Part shown: piece after piece, positions 17,866 to 28,730 of the stretch
Numbering within the stretch: the stretch's first letter is position 1
Layout of the letters: every line of letters begins with the position of its first letter
Assembly: GCA_903882905.1 (NCBI GenBank)
Contig: CAIRYW010000027.1
Coordinates: 1,031 to 65,030, forward strand
Length of the DNA: 64,000 bases
From: an uncultured bacterium
GTDB taxonomy: Bacteria > Patescibacteriota > Minisyncoccia > Phycocordibacterales > CAIRYW01
Direction: 5' to 3'
Translations under genes and position numbers: made by a program
Notes under the pieces: generated by a model
Seen by the model: the letters and a program-made list of their open reading frames with translations, nothing else
What the model was told of the DNA's origin: nothing
Database searches by the model: none

Positions 17866-18480
17866 TTATTCCTTTGCGTCGTCGAATCTTTTTTCTACTA
17901 CAGCTTGATTTGTTGCCATTAAATAGCTTTCAACATATTTCTTTTTGTCTCCTGGAACATAATCGAGCATGTATGAGTGTTCCCACATATCAATTCCATA
18001 AATAAAATCCAGACCATTTAATTGTCCAAGGTGTTGTTCGTCTACCCATGCATTTAAGAGTCTGTCAGATTTTTTGTCGTAATAAAGAATTGCCCATCCG
18101 ATTCCTCTTGTCATACAAAGTGATTTAAATTTTTCAAACCAGGCCATTGAGCTTCCGAAATCTTTTACCATTTGTTTTGAAAGCGCACTTTCTGCATTTC
18201 CGTGATTTACTCCGCCTTCTAGTTGTTCAAAATAATATTCATGGTTTCGTATCCCATTGAATTCAAAAGCGAATCGTCTCTGCATTTCATTAATTGCGTA
18301 GGTTGTGCCGGGTCCCATTGGAGTTGTTGGATCTGTATATTTACTCATCTCACCAATTGTTTCTAAAATCAAATTTGCGTGTTTTACATAGCCTGAGTAA
18401 AGCTTCAAATGCTCATCAATTGTTTTTTGAGAAATCCCTTCAATTGTTGGTATGTTAAATTTTTGTTCTGTGAATGTCAT
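17866..18480 (-). CDS. Fe/Mn superoxide dismutase family protein
   Basis: HLKLYSGYV, NHEYYF, DMWEHSY. Confidence 0.88.
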   Translation of the reverse strand: MTFTEQKFNIPTIEGISQKTIDEHLKLYSGYVKHANLILETIGEMSKYTDPTTPMGPGTTYAINEMQRRFAFEFNGIRNHEYYFEQLEGGVNHGNAESALSKQMVKDFGSSMAWFEKFKSLCMTRGIGWAILYYDKKSDRLLNAWVDEQHLGQLNGLDFIYGIDMWEHSYMLDYVPGDKKKYVESYLMATNQAVVEKRFDDAKE

Positions 18481-18557
18481 ATTTTTAGTTTTAATTTATA
18501 ACTCCAAACTTCTATTAATTGTATCAAACTATGACGAGTAAGGGATTCTTTTGTTAC

Positions 18558-18590
18558 AAAAAAGCCCCGCCTGAAAGGCGGGGCTTTTTT
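18558..18590. terminator. bidirectional rho-independent terminator
   Basis: aaaaaagccccgcc-tgaaa-ggcggggcttttt. Confidence 0.8.
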
Positions 18591-18599
18591 GTTTTTAAT

Positions 18600-18839
18600 T
18601 TAAATTAAACCAGCAGTCTTAAGAGTTTTGTATGCTCCGTTTTTCTGGATAGTCTTTATAGCTTTTGTTGAAAGCACAAGGGAAATACTTCTTTGTAGTT
18701 CAGGAATAAAAATTTTCTTCTTTTGAAGGTTTACTTGAACGCGCTTTTTTCCACAAGGATTAAACTTAGTCGCACGAGTGCGGTTTGAGTATTTTCCTTG
18801 CATTTTTGATGTTTTTTGTGTGATTGGACAGGTTTTCAT
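18600..18839 (-). CDS. rpmB: 50S ribosomal protein L28
   Basis: MKTCPIT...NLQKKKIF...LSTKAIKT. Confidence 0.85.
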   Translation of the reverse strand: MKTCPITQKTSKMQGKYSNRTRATKFNPCGKKRVQVNLQKKKIFIPELQRSISLVLSTKAIKTIQKNGAYKTLKTAGLI

Positions 18840-18896
18840 GATTATTTTTTTACGCTAGCTTTGCTACGTAATTCCAAGATGTTATCATAAGCGCTA

Positions 18897-19511
18897 ATGC
18901 AAATCAACTTTATCTTCGCAATTGTGACACTTATAGTGTCTGTTATCCTTCATGAAATTTCACATGGTTATGCCGCTTATTTTTTGGGTGATCCAACAGC
19001 AAAGTATCAAGGGAGACTTTCTTTGAACCCTTTGAAGCATATTGATATGTTTGGTTCAATTATTTTTCCAGCAATTTCATATTTAATCGGTGGAGTTATT
19101 TTTGGTTGGGCAAAGCCGGTTCCTTACAATCCATATAATTTAAAAGGTGGAAAATGGGGCGAAGCGGTTGTGGCAGTTGCGGGTCCTTCTGCAAATATTT
19201 TTCTAGCTTTGGTTTTTTCAATATATGTTAGGTTTGCTGGCGTCGGTGCTTTTAGTGTTTCTGCTGTGACGCTCGCTTCTTATATAGTGCTTGTAAATAT
19301 TTATTTGGCTATATTTAATCTTATTCCTATTCCTCCACTTGATGGTTCAAGGATACTGGGTGCACTTTTTCCTCTTCAATTCAGAAACTTTGTACATAAA
19401 ATTGAAGGTTACTCATTTATTATTCTTATTTTTTTTGTTGTATTTCTAGCTGGTTTTATTCAACCCTTAGTTTCTTTTTTGTTTCACTTGTTCACAGGTT
19501 TGGCTTTGTAA
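18897..19511 (+). CDS. site-2 protease (M50) family protein
   Basis: HEISH, AGP, NLIPIPPLDG. Confidence 0.92.
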   Translation: MQINFIFAIVTLIVSVILHEISHGYAAYFLGDPTAKYQGRLSLNPLKHIDMFGSIIFPAISYLIGGVIFGWAKPVPYNPYNLKGGKWGEAVVAVAGPSANIFLALVFSIYVRFAGVGAFSVSAVTLASYIVLVNIYLAIFNLIPIPPLDGSRILGALFPLQFRNFVHKIEGYSFIILIFFVVFLAGFIQPLVSFLFHLFTGLAL

Positions 19512-19545
19512 TTTCTTGTATTAGGCATAAACTTAAATCTGAGTT

Positions 19546-19680
19546 ATGTATATCAAACTGAACCTTCGCAGGCGCCTTGACGCCATGTCACGTTCCTTCA
19601 ACTTTAATTTGCGCCAAATTGGCAGGCGTATTAGCGCAAGAAAGCGTGTTCCTGATTTTATCAGGTGCGGTCGGTTTTAA
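19546..19680 (+). CDS. putative 44-aa Arg-rich small protein
   Basis: ATG..TAA frame MYIKLNLRRRLDAMSRSFNFNLRQIGRRISARKRVPDFIRCGRF followed by a terminator near 19700-19730. Confidence 0.4.
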   Translation: MYIKLNLRRRLDAMSRSFNFNLRQIGRRISARKRVPDFIRCGRF

Positions 19681-19823
19681 GCCGATAAAGCATTTCGTTT
19701 AGCGAGAGCCTTCTGTCTCGCTATTTTTTTGCTCACATATTCAAAGGCTATTGCATTTATCGCCGGTTCATATTAAAGTATTCGAAAGCTTCATTTGGGG
19801 CTTTTTTGTTTCAGTAGAAAAAA

Positions 19824-20240
19824 ATGTCAACAATAAATCAATTAATCAGAAAACCAAGAAGACAAAAGGAAAAAAAGCTTAAAGCTGGAGCCCTTAGACG
19901 TGGTTTTAATGCTCTAAAAAACAAACCAACTTTTTACTGTTCATCATTTAAGAGAGGGGTTTGTACAAAAGTAACCACAAAGACTCCAAAGAAACCTAAC
20001 TCAGCTATCAGAAAAATTGCGAGAGTGCGTCTTACAAATGGGTTGGAAGTAACAGCTTATATCCCAGGTGAAGGACACAATCTCCAAGAACACTCAGTGG
20101 TAGTTCTAAGAGGAGGAAAGGTTAGAGACGTAGGACTTCGATACACAATTGTTCGAGGTGTACTTGATGCTGCGGGAGTAGAAAAGAGAAGAAAAGAAAG
20201 ATCAATGTATGGTACAAAAAGACCTAAAGCAGCTAATTAA
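19824..20240 (+). CDS. rpsL: 30S ribosomal protein S12
   Basis: [21 protein letters not shown]. Confidence 0.97.
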   Translation: MSTINQLIRKPRRQKEKKLKAGALRRGFNALKNKPTFYCSSFKRGVCTKVTTKTPKKPNSAIRKIARVRLTNGLEVTAYIPGEGHNLQEHSVVVLRGGKVRDVGLRYTIVRGVLDAAGVEKRRKERSMYGTKRPKAAN

Positions 20241-20275
20241 TCTATCAACTGTAAACTATAAACTTTAAACTAATT

Positions 20276-20746
20276 ATGCGAAGACCAGTAAAAAACAGAA
20301 ATATTGTAAAGGAAGACATTCAGTTTAACTCTGAAAAGATTTCTAAATTCATAAACTACGTTATGGGAAGCGGAAAGAAAAATGCTGCTCGAAAAATTGT
20401 TTATGGAGCACTAGAAAAAATCAAAGAAGATTTGAAAGTTGAAAATCCTTTGGAAATTTTTGAAAGTGCACTGAAGAATACAGGACCACTTATGGAAGTT
20501 CGCTCAAGAAGAGTTGGAGGAGCTAACTATCAAGTTCCAAGAGAAATCCGTGTACAAAGAAGAGATTTTCTTTCAATGAAGTGGATTATCGAAGCTGCCC
20601 GAAACAAAAAAGGAAAACCAATGCACTTAAAACTTGCAGAAGAAATTATTTCAGCTCACAAGAATGAAGGTGAAGCAGTTAAAAAGCGTGAGAACACTCA
20701 CAAGATGGCAGAAGCTAACAAGGCCTTTGCCCACTTTGCTTGGTAG
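20276..20746 (+). CDS. rpsG: 30S ribosomal protein S7
   Basis: RRVGGANYQVP, MAEANKAFAH. Confidence 0.97.
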   Translation: MRRPVKNRNIVKEDIQFNSEKISKFINYVMGSGKKNAARKIVYGALEKIKEDLKVENPLEIFESALKNTGPLMEVRSRRVGGANYQVPREIRVQRRDFLSMKWIIEAARNKKGKPMHLKLAEEIISAHKNEGEAVKKRENTHKMAEANKAFAHFAW

Positions 20747-20748
20747 AC

Positions 20749-20867
20749 AGATTAAAATTTTTGAAAATTTCGTCGTTAGATTTTCCGTTCGCTTCCGCGC
20801 AGTATTTTTAATACAGCTTGGGCGCGATACTCAAATCTGCCTAGAACTTTTCTAAAAATTTTAATCT
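20749..20867. repeat. approximately 120-nt palindromic element after rpsG
   Basis: agattaaaattttt / aaaaattttaatct terminal arms with internal imperfect pairing. Confidence 0.65.
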
Positions 20868-20914
20868 TTCGTGTAATTTATTAAAAAATAATTAATTAAT
20901 AGAAATATATTTTT

Positions 20915-23056
20915 ATGGAACGTGATTATCCTTTAGAAAAAGTTAGAAATTTCGGTATTATTGCGCATATCGATGCGGGTAAGACAACAACTTCTGAGCG
21001 TGTTTTGTATTACACAGGAATGAGTCACAAGATTGGAGAAGTGCACGAAGGAGAAGCTGTTACTGACTGGATGGAACAGGAAAAAGAGAGAGGAATCACA
21101 ATTACTGCAGCGGCTATTACATGTTTCTGGAACCCAACATATATGGGAACTGATAAATCTTTGATGCATCGTTTTAATATTATCGATACACCTGGTCACG
21201 TGGACTTTACAGTGGAAGTAGAAAGATCACTTAAAGTTCTTGACGGAGGAGTTGTGGTTTTTGACGGAGTAGCGGGAGTAGAACCGCAATCAGAAACAGT
21301 TTGGAGACAGGCTGATAAATATCATGTACCAAGAATTTGTTTCATAAACAAACTTGATAGAATTGGAGCTTCATTTGAAAGAAGTTATGCATCTATTCTT
21401 GAAAGATTAAATAAACACGCAGTAAGAATGCAGATTCCTATTGGAGAAGAAGATAAGCATGAAGGAGTAATTGATCTTATGAAAATGAAGGCTTATTACT
21501 TTGAAGGTGATATGGGAAGTACTGTCCGGGAAGCTGAAATTCCTTCTGAATATCTTGCAGACGCAACAAAATACCGAGCAGAACTTGTAGAAAGAATTGT
21601 AGAACACGATGATGATTTAATGACAGCTTTTCTTGAAGGAAAAGAAATTGCAATGCCAGTTCTAAAAGAAACTTTGAGAAAGGCAACAATTGAAAACAAA
21701 ATTTACCCAGTATTTACTGGTTCAGCATTGAAGAACAAAGGAGTTCAATTGATTCTTGATGCTGTTGTTGAATATCTTCCATCTCCACTCGATATTCCTC
21801 CAGTAAAAGGACTTGATCCAAAAACCGGTGAAGAAATTGTCAGACACGCATCAGATACAGAGCCTTTTTCTGCACTCGCATTTAAATTACAGACAGACCC
21901 ATTCGTAGGTCAGCTCACATTCTTTAGAGTTTATTCTGGAACAATCGAATCAGGAACTTATATTTACAACTCAACAACAGGAAACAAAGAAAGACTTGGA
22001 AGAATCGTTCGACTTCAAGCAAACAAAAGAGAAGAAGTAAAAAAAGTTTACGCTGGAGAAATTGCAGCAGCGGTGAGTTTGAAAGAAGCAAAAACATCTC
22101 ACACTTTTTGTGACGAAAATCAACCGATTATTCTTGATCCAATTAAATTTGCTGAACCGGTTGTATCCCTCCGAATTGAACCAAAAACAAAAGCTGATCA
22201 AGAGAAAATGGGTATGGCTTTGAAAAAACTTGGAGATGAGGATCCAACATTTAGAATTTCTTCAAACACAGAAACAGGAGAAACAATTATTTCTGGAATG
22301 GGAGAGCTTCACTTGGAAATTATGATTGATCGTATGAAGAGAGAATTTGCCGTTGAAGCAAACGTTGGTAAGCCTCAGGTAGCATACAGAGAAACAATTT
22401 TGGGAACTGCAGAAGCAGAACACAAATACATCAAGCAATCTGGAGGAAAAGGACAATACGGTCACGTTAAACTTAATATCAAACCACTTCAACCTCTTGA
22501 AGAAGGTAAAAAACTTCCTAAGAACGTTAAGAGAGAAGAAGGGTTTGAATTTATTGATTCAATTAAGGGAGGAGTTATTCCACAAGAATTTATTCCTGCT
22601 GTTATGAAAGGTGTTAAAGAGGGAATGGATAGAGGAATTGTTGCTGGTTTCCACTTAACAAATATTTCTTGTGAACTTACTTATGGTTCTTACCACGATG
22701 TGGACTCATCTGAAATTGCATACAAAATCGCCGCTTCTCAAGCTTTTCAAGACGCAGCAAAAAGAGCTCGCCCAGTTATTCTTGAGCCAATCATGAAAAT
22801 TGAAGTTGTTACTCCAGAAAAATTCATGGGAGACGTAACAGGAAATCTAAACTCAAAGAGAGCTCAAATTATTTCTATGGGTGAGAGAGGTCAAAACAAA
22901 GTTCTTGTTGCAACGGTGCCGCTTTCTGAAATGTTTGGTTACACAACTTCTCTTCGATCACTTACAGAAGGACGCGCTTCATCAACAATGGAATTTGATC
23001 ACTACGATGTAGTTCCAGCAAACATTGAAAAGGTGATTGTGGAATCAAGAAAGTAA
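20915..23056 (+). CDS. fusA: elongation factor G
   Basis: [28 protein letters not shown]. Confidence 0.98.
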   Translation: MERDYPLEKVRNFGIIAHIDAGKTTTSERVLYYTGMSHKIGEVHEGEAVTDWMEQEKERGITITAAAITCFWNPTYMGTDKSLMHRFNIIDTPGHVDFTVEVERSLKVLDGGVVVFDGVAGVEPQSETVWRQADKYHVPRICFINKLDRIGASFERSYASILERLNKHAVRMQIPIGEEDKHEGVIDLMKMKAYYFEGDMGSTVREAEIPSEYLADATKYRAELVERIVEHDDDLMTAFLEGKEIAMPVLKETLRKATIENKIYPVFTGSALKNKGVQLILDAVVEYLPSPLDIPPVKGLDPKTGEEIVRHASDTEPFSALAFKLQTDPFVGQLTFFRVYSGTIESGTYIYNSTTGNKERLGRIVRLQANKREEVKKVYAGEIAAAVSLKEAKTSHTFCDENQPIILDPIKFAEPVVSLRIEPKTKADQEKMGMALKKLGDEDPTFRISSNTETGETIISGMGELHLEIMIDRMKREFAVEANVGKPQVAYRETILGTAEAEHKYIKQSGGKGQYGHVKLNIKPLQPLEEGKKLPKNVKREEGFEFIDSIKGGVIPQEFIPAVMKGVKEGMDRGIVAGFHLTNISCELTYGSYHDVDSSEIAYKIAASQAFQDAAKRARPVILEPIMKIEVVTPEKFMGDVTGNLNSKRAQIISMGERGQNKVLVATVPLSEMFGYTTSLRSLTEGRASSTMEFDHYDVVPANIEKVIVESRK

Positions 23057-23144
23057 AATAATTAAAGTTGAAAAAAGCCCCGTTCGCCTAGGCAGACGGG
23101 GTTTTTTTCTTGTATTTTTTTCTAATTACTTTAATATAAGTTTT

Positions 23145-23585
23145 ATGAATATTGTGTTCCTTCCGTCGGTTAGCCTGGCTTCTTTGGCCTTAACTCTTCT
23201 CGCAATGCTCGGTGTGTCTGTTGTGATTCTTTTCATCCCAAACCCTATTACTGTGTGGAAGCGCTTCCATCCAGTTAAACAAGAAGAAATGCCAGATCGC
23301 TTCTGGTATAAAGTTCTCGAGGTGATTCGAAAAGATGGCGCAATCATATTACATCTCAGGGAGAACCGTTTTCCTGGAAAGGAATTGTTTTGCACCCTGC
23401 GGCAAGAAGATGGGTGCGAAAGGATTGAGTACCGCGAGCACGTTCTTTCAAAACATAGTCTTGATCTATGTGTTTCATTTTTATCTCACCGCCGCATAGA
23501 CGGAGAGACGATATGGTGCATGGATTTTGACACGAAAGAAAGTTGCAATATTTCGCACGTACTTTGGCGGTTTAATAATCCCTGA
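23145..23585 (+). CDS. hypothetical protein with N-terminal TM segment
   Basis: ORF from ATG 23145; terminator near 23618-23644. Confidence 0.55.
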   Translation: MNIVFLPSVSLASLALTLLAMLGVSVVILFIPNPITVWKRFHPVKQEEMPDRFWYKVLEVIRKDGAIILHLRENRFPGKELFCTLRQEDGCERIEYREHVLSKHSLDLCVSFLSHRRIDGETIWCMDFDTKESCNISHVLWRFNNP

Positions 23586-23702
23586 GTCACATCGAATTGA
23601 AATCTCGTAAATTTCAAACCCGGATTTAGTCCGGTATTTTTTTTGCCAAAATTGACTTTTTTGTTGAATAAAGATAATTTTACTTTGGTAAATTTGAAAA
23701 TC

Positions 23703-23963
23703 ATGAAAACCAATCCTAATGAAAGAGAGTTGCACGAGTTTGGTGCACTCTGTGCAAAACTCGGAGGAATCTTCGGGTCTGACCTGCATAGAATCCTCGA
23801 ATCAATCAATGGGTCTTTTGAGGCAAAAAGGCTCATTGGTCTTGCGCTTGGACAAGAAAAAAACGAGGTGTTTCTAAAAAAGGTTGATCCTGATGACATG
23901 TCTTTCGTAGGGCTTTGTTTCAGCGACATCTATGCTCCGCTGTGCGAAGTTTTCTTCAGTTAA
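23703..23963 (+). CDS. hypothetical protein
   Basis: ORF from ATG 23703 with TTGACT upstream and a terminator downstream. Confidence 0.45.
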   Translation: MKTNPNERELHEFGALCAKLGGIFGSDLHRILESINGSFEAKRLIGLALGQEKNEVFLKKVDPDDMSFVGLCFSDIYAPLCEVFFS

Positions 23964-24349
23964 TAATTCTCTGTTCCTTCCAATCTGGCGACCATTCAAT
24001 GGCGTCATTTTTTTTGCAAAAAAAATCGCCAGAGAAATTATTTTTTCTTATGGCGCTTTAGTTTTTTGGGATCGTGAACCCATTTGTATCTTAGTGCCTC
24101 ATGAATGGTGAAGATACAATAGGTTTCTCTAGGGAATTCAATTTTTTCAGGAATTTTTTTGAAGGAACTGAACCTTCTTGCTTTTTTGGGTTTTTCAACC
24201 CGACCCCTTTTTTTACCGAGAAACTTTTCAGTTTTTAAGAACATTACCACGTAAAAAATTTCCATAGCTAAGAATATTCTATTAAATTTAATCCCAATAA
24301 GCGAATAATAATTTTTTTTGTATAAAAAATGGAGCGCTGTTGGCGCTCC

Positions 24350-26017
24350 TTAGGAAACAACTTTTATAGAAACATCTCGCCACTTTTCGATTTCTTCCAG
24401 CGTAAGTCGCACAGCGTCCGAAGATTTTGAGGATTCGAAACTGATTGAAAATTGTAGCTGGTTTCCGTCGATTGCAGCAAAGTTGAAACCTGTCAGGTTG
24501 ATGTCTCGTTTACCGAATGCTCTGAGTATTCTTTCTCCAAGTCTTGGTTTGTCGTCTGCCTTGGAGTACTCGAGAATGATTGAGTTCTTGCCGTAGATCG
24601 TTTTGGTTACAGCAATCTGACGTTGAAAAAGGGTGTCGGCTTCTTTGATCACATCGTGACCAAAGTGGGCTTTAGCTTTTGCAAAGAGATTGCGTAGTCC
24701 TCGGCGATTTTTCTTTTCAATCATCCGCACAAGTCTGGTGTCCAGTTTGACTCTCCTTTGAAAAGTTTCCAGCGAAACTGGATTTTCGAGGAGCATGTCG
24801 ATGTAGAGATCGGCATTATGGTTCAGAAGTCGTCCCATGAGCGAGAACATCACTCGGTAGAACGGACTTGTGAAAGCCAGACTTTTTTGGACTGAGATTC
24901 CCATCTCTGCGATCATTACCGCATTGATGAGGTTACTCATATGAGGGTTAGTTTGCACGCCCTGCATATAAATATCATGTTAGGTTGGATTGCTCCACTC
25001 GATTTTCATCTCAGTTCTTGCGAGCAGATTAACCACCCAAGTTTTCCATTCAGGTTTTTTAAGCCTTGCTGGACAAACAACCATTGTTTGGTCGTTAAAC
25101 GACAGACTTGGGGCAAACATCGGGTGAAACCCGATCACTTGAGCTTTGCTTTTGAGCATTTCGCGTACCGCGGGACTTTTGACGGAAGTGATATCCATCG
25201 CAAGTTTGTCCTCGGTCAGGTATTTGGCTACCGATCGGATAACACTGGGTGTTTTTCTAATCGGCAAAGCGAAAGCAACCACATCAGCCTTTCTCGCCAC
25301 ATCTGAATTTTTCAGACCGGTCTTTTCTTTGGGATCAGACCAAATGACGTTTAAACCAATTCCAGTAGCGAATTTCTCGAGTGCTTTTCCAAATTTCCCG
25401 TGGCCGATGATGCCAAAGGTCAAAGCTTTTACTTCGGCTTTGTTTTCCAGAAGTTGGAAGGTTGTTATGTTCCTTTGAATGTCCTGGATATTTTCGGCAA
25501 GCACACGAAGTCCGTAGGGTTTTGCTGCACGTTTAGGTGAGATTGATCCAAACGCTTTAGTTTTGCCGGAAACGAATTTCGCCGCATAGCCTGTGGAATC
25601 GCAGTTACTTCTTTTGTTTGCGGTGATACCGATGCTGTCGAGGAATTTTCCGCACTGACCGATTGCCTCTTCTTTTGAGAAGACTCTTTCCAACTGGTCG
25701 ATTGAGGTGATGTTTTTTGGGACAAGCAAGCAGTGATTGACCCGAAGTTTGAGAGTGTCGACGACTGAAAAATCGTAACCCAAACCACGAAGTCTATTTA
25801 CCTCATCCGTTACGCTTTTTACTTCTCCTTTTGTAGAGTTGTGGATCGGGATGACTCCAAATCCAGGGCTTTCAGATAGTTGCTTGAGCAGGTTGTTGTG
25901 ACTCCCGCAAAAAACAATCTCATACTCACCTTTTTTCCATCCCCGTCGGCGGATGAACTCACAAGCTGCATCATGCCCATTTGTGAAGGCATCAAGTACT
26001 AATATTCGTTTTTTCAT
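24350..26017 (-). pseudogene. prephenate dehydratase-prephenate dehydrogenase-ACT fusion interrupted by one in-frame TAA
   Basis: PDT-like PIHNSTKGEV and ENIQD..N.TTF; TyrA-like GIIGHGKFG, DITSVK, HPMF; PT*HDIYM at 24980-24982 in frame with the downstream ORF; C-terminal ACT-like INLT. Confidence 0.75.
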
Positions 26018-26177
26018 AGGTTTTTCTTTGTTTCCTGATGTAAATGAACTGCTCCGTCTGGAGCAAAACACTTGCTTCAGAGGTTTATGTTTGAATATTG
26101 ATGTTTAGTACCTTAAAAGTCAATTATTTCGGAAAACGTTTGACATTAAAAAACAAAGTAGTAGCATTTAAATATAA

Positions 26178-26280
26178 ATGATTAACAAATTTTATTTTCA
26201 GTATTTCTTTAAGAACTGCCCGAAAGGCTAGGTTTTTTGATTTTTAATCTTAAAGCCCCGCCTTTCAGGCGGGGCTTTTG
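26178..26280 (+). promoter_or_regulatory. candidate Phe/Tyr leader-peptide attenuator
   Basis: MINKFYFQYFFKNCPKG* (26178-26231) then terminator aaagccccgcc-tttca-ggcggggcttt; TTGACA at 26140. Confidence 0.45.
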
Positions 26281-26331
26281 TTTGTCGGAAAGTGCGTCTA
26301 ATATCAGGCTCACTTGTCGGGAAACAAAAAA

Positions 26332-26748
26332 ATGAAAAATATTTTAATTTTGAAGGTTAGTGGGATCGCTGACCTTCGACAGTACATTGCCGCCATTGGA
26401 GAATTTCTTCAAGGTATTTCCTTGTTTATTGTCCCTGCAGACTCGCAGGTACAACTGAATGGGGACGTTCCGGATGGCGTGGTTGTTTTAAAGCATGAGG
26501 AAGAAGGTCGTGAGTGGAGGATTATCCAGGTCGGCAATACCTGCCGATTTGAAAAGCCACCAGTCACCGTGCCGATTGTCCACTTATACAGACCTGCGTT
26601 TTCTACTATTATCAAGTTGCTCGAGCGCTTGAATTCAGAGGACGAAGAGAAAATATCTGGAGTCTATCTGGAGAATTCTCTGCCAGGAATTGCCGGGTCT
26701 ATTGCTTCGGCCCTTGTGAAATTTGGTCCTCAGCCCAAACAACCCTAG
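26332..26748 (+). CDS. hypothetical protein
   Basis: 138-aa ORF followed by terminator tagcggtc-cctc-gaccgcta-ttttt. Confidence 0.55.
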   Translation: MKNILILKVSGIADLRQYIAAIGEFLQGISLFIVPADSQVQLNGDVPDGVVVLKHEEEGREWRIIQVGNTCRFEKPPVTVPIVHLYRPAFSTIIKLLERLNSEDEEKISGVYLENSLPGIAGSIASALVKFGPQPKQP

Positions 26749-26777
26749 TTAGCGGTCCCTCGACCGCTATTTTTTAT

Positions 26778-26818
26778 ACCCAGCACCTTCTTTTTTTCCA
26801 AAAAAGAAGGTGCTGGGT
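26778..26818. repeat. hairpin of the ACCCAGCACCTT family
   Basis: acccagcaccttctttttt-tcc-aaaaaagaaggtgctgggt; runs into a TTGACA upstream of tuf. Confidence 0.8.
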
Positions 26819-27040
26819 TGACATCTTTTTGACTATTGTGATAGTATGACCATCACGCAATTTGCGGTGTTTTTTGTATTTTAAATAGATTCAAATGGCA
26901 CCAAGTTTGCTATAAGAAGGTAAAAAAATCTTCGCCCGAAGCGAAGATACGGTTTCTAAGTTACTTCTGAAATGACCTTCGCGCTTATTTCAGAGGAGAA
27001 TTAGAACCAAAATTATTAAAGTAACTATTAAATAAATCAT

Positions 27041-28231
27041 ATGGCAGAAGCTTTTGATAGATCAAAGCCTCACGTAAACGTAGGTACAATTGGTCACGTA
27101 GACCACGGAAAGACAACTCTTACCGCGGCTATTTTGAGTGTTCTTAGTAGAAATGGAAACGACGTAAAACTTAAGGCAGTTGATCAAATTGACAACGCGC
27201 CAGAAGAAAAGGCTAGAGGAATTACAATTAACCTTTCACACAACGAGTATTCAACTGCAACTCGTCACTACGCTCACATTGATGCTCCTGGACACGCCGA
27301 CTACATCAAAAACATGATTACTGGTGCTGCCCAAATGGACGGTGCAATTCTTGTTATTGCTGCAACTGACGGTGTTATGCCACAAACAAGAGAACACGTT
27401 CTTCTTGCAAAACAAGTAGGTGTGCCAAAGATGATTGTTTTCTTAAACAAATGTGACATGGTTGATGATAAAGAACTTATTGACCTTGTTGAAGAAGAAG
27501 TAAGAGAGCTTCTAGAGAAGCAAGGTTTTGACAAAGATTGTCCAGTTATTAAGGGTTCAGCTCTTAAAGCTCTTGAATCAAAGGACAACAATGATGAATG
27601 GGCAAAGAAAATCCTAGAACTCGTTGATGCTCTTGATACATACATTCCAGTTCCTGTGCGCGAAACCGACAAACCTTTCCTTATGCCTATTGAAGATATT
27701 TTCTCAATTGAAGGTAGAGGAACAGTGGTTACAGGAAGAATTGAAAGAGGGCTTATCAAAGTTGGTGAAGAAGTTGAAATTATCGGTATCAAACCAACAG
27801 CAAAGACTACAGTTACTGGAATTGAAATGTTCAATAAACAACTTACTGAAGGAATGGCTGGAGATAACGCCGGAATACTTCTAAGAGGTACAAAGAAAGA
27901 AGATTTGACACGTGGTCAGGTTCTAGCAAAGACCGGTTCAGTAACACCACACACAGAATTCACATCAGAAGTTTATATCTTGAAGAAAGAAGAAGGAGGA
28001 AGACACACACCATTCTTTACAGGATACAAACCACAGTTTTACATCAGAACAACTGACGTAACAGGAGAAGTAACACTAAATGCTGGTGTAGAAATGGTTA
28101 TGCCAGGAGATACAGTTACATTTAACGTTAAATTGGTTGCGCCTGTAGCCCTTGAGGAAAAGCAAAGATTTGCTATCCGCGAAGGTGGAAAGACTGTAGG
28201 TGCTGGAGTTGTCACAAAAGTGATCAAGTAA
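27041..28231 (+). CDS. tuf: elongation factor Tu
   Basis: [21 protein letters not shown]. Confidence 0.98.
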   Translation: MAEAFDRSKPHVNVGTIGHVDHGKTTLTAAILSVLSRNGNDVKLKAVDQIDNAPEEKARGITINLSHNEYSTATRHYAHIDAPGHADYIKNMITGAAQMDGAILVIAATDGVMPQTREHVLLAKQVGVPKMIVFLNKCDMVDDKELIDLVEEEVRELLEKQGFDKDCPVIKGSALKALESKDNNDEWAKKILELVDALDTYIPVPVRETDKPFLMPIEDIFSIEGRGTVVTGRIERGLIKVGEEVEIIGIKPTAKTTVTGIEMFNKQLTEGMAGDNAGILLRGTKKEDLTRGQVLAKTGSVTPHTEFTSEVYILKKEEGGRHTPFFTGYKPQFYIRTTDVTGEVTLNAGVEMVMPGDTVTFNVKLVAPVALEEKQRFAIREGGKTVGAGVVTKVIK

Positions 28232-28362
28232 ATTAAGGAGCAAAGCGACTATAATTTCTTGACCATGTTAAATCTTTTGCGAAGCAAAAGAAAAATCTAA
28301 AGATTTTTATTTAACAGGGTTAGGATTATCTAAGCTCACTTTGTTCGCAAAGAAAATCCTAA
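28221..28362 (+). repeat. three-hairpin intergenic element, copy 1 (tuf-rpsJ)
   Basis: GGAGC..GCGACTATA loop, tgttaaat/atttaaca stem, ttaggatt/aatcctaa hairpin. Confidence 0.65.
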
Positions 28363-28721
28363 TGGTTACAAAAAAAACAACAAAAACAAAAGAGACAAAG
28401 AAGCCTACTGAGACGGTATCTAAACTTCGCATTCGTGTTAGAGCCTACGATCACAAAATTCTTGATGCATCAGTGCGTCAGATTATGGACACAGCCCTTA
28501 GATTTGATGCAAAAGTTTTAGGACCAATTCCGCTTCCTACAGAAATTAGAAAATACACAGTTAATAGAGCATCTTTCGTTTACAAAAATGCCAGAGAACA
28601 GTTCGAGATGCGAACACACAAAAGATTGATCGATATTGAAAACCCAAATGGAAAAGTAATTGAAGCACTTTCAAATCTTTCTCTTCCATCTGGAGTAAAT
28701 ATCGACATAAAAATGATGTAA
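28362..28721 (+). CDS. rpsJ: 30S ribosomal protein S10
   Basis: [31 protein letters not shown]. Confidence 0.96.
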   Translation: MVTKKTTKTKETKKPTETVSKLRIRVRAYDHKILDASVRQIMDTALRFDAKVLGPIPLPTEIRKYTVNRASFVYKNAREQFEMRTHKRLIDIENPNGKVIEALSNLSLPSGVNIDIKMM

Positions 28722-28730
28722 TCCAAAAAT

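Noticed and set aside
24980-24982. Alternative genetic code explaining the internal stop
   Set aside because: The stop is TAA, which ends most genes here; TGA also acts as a stop (recJ, adk), so code 25 does not apply.
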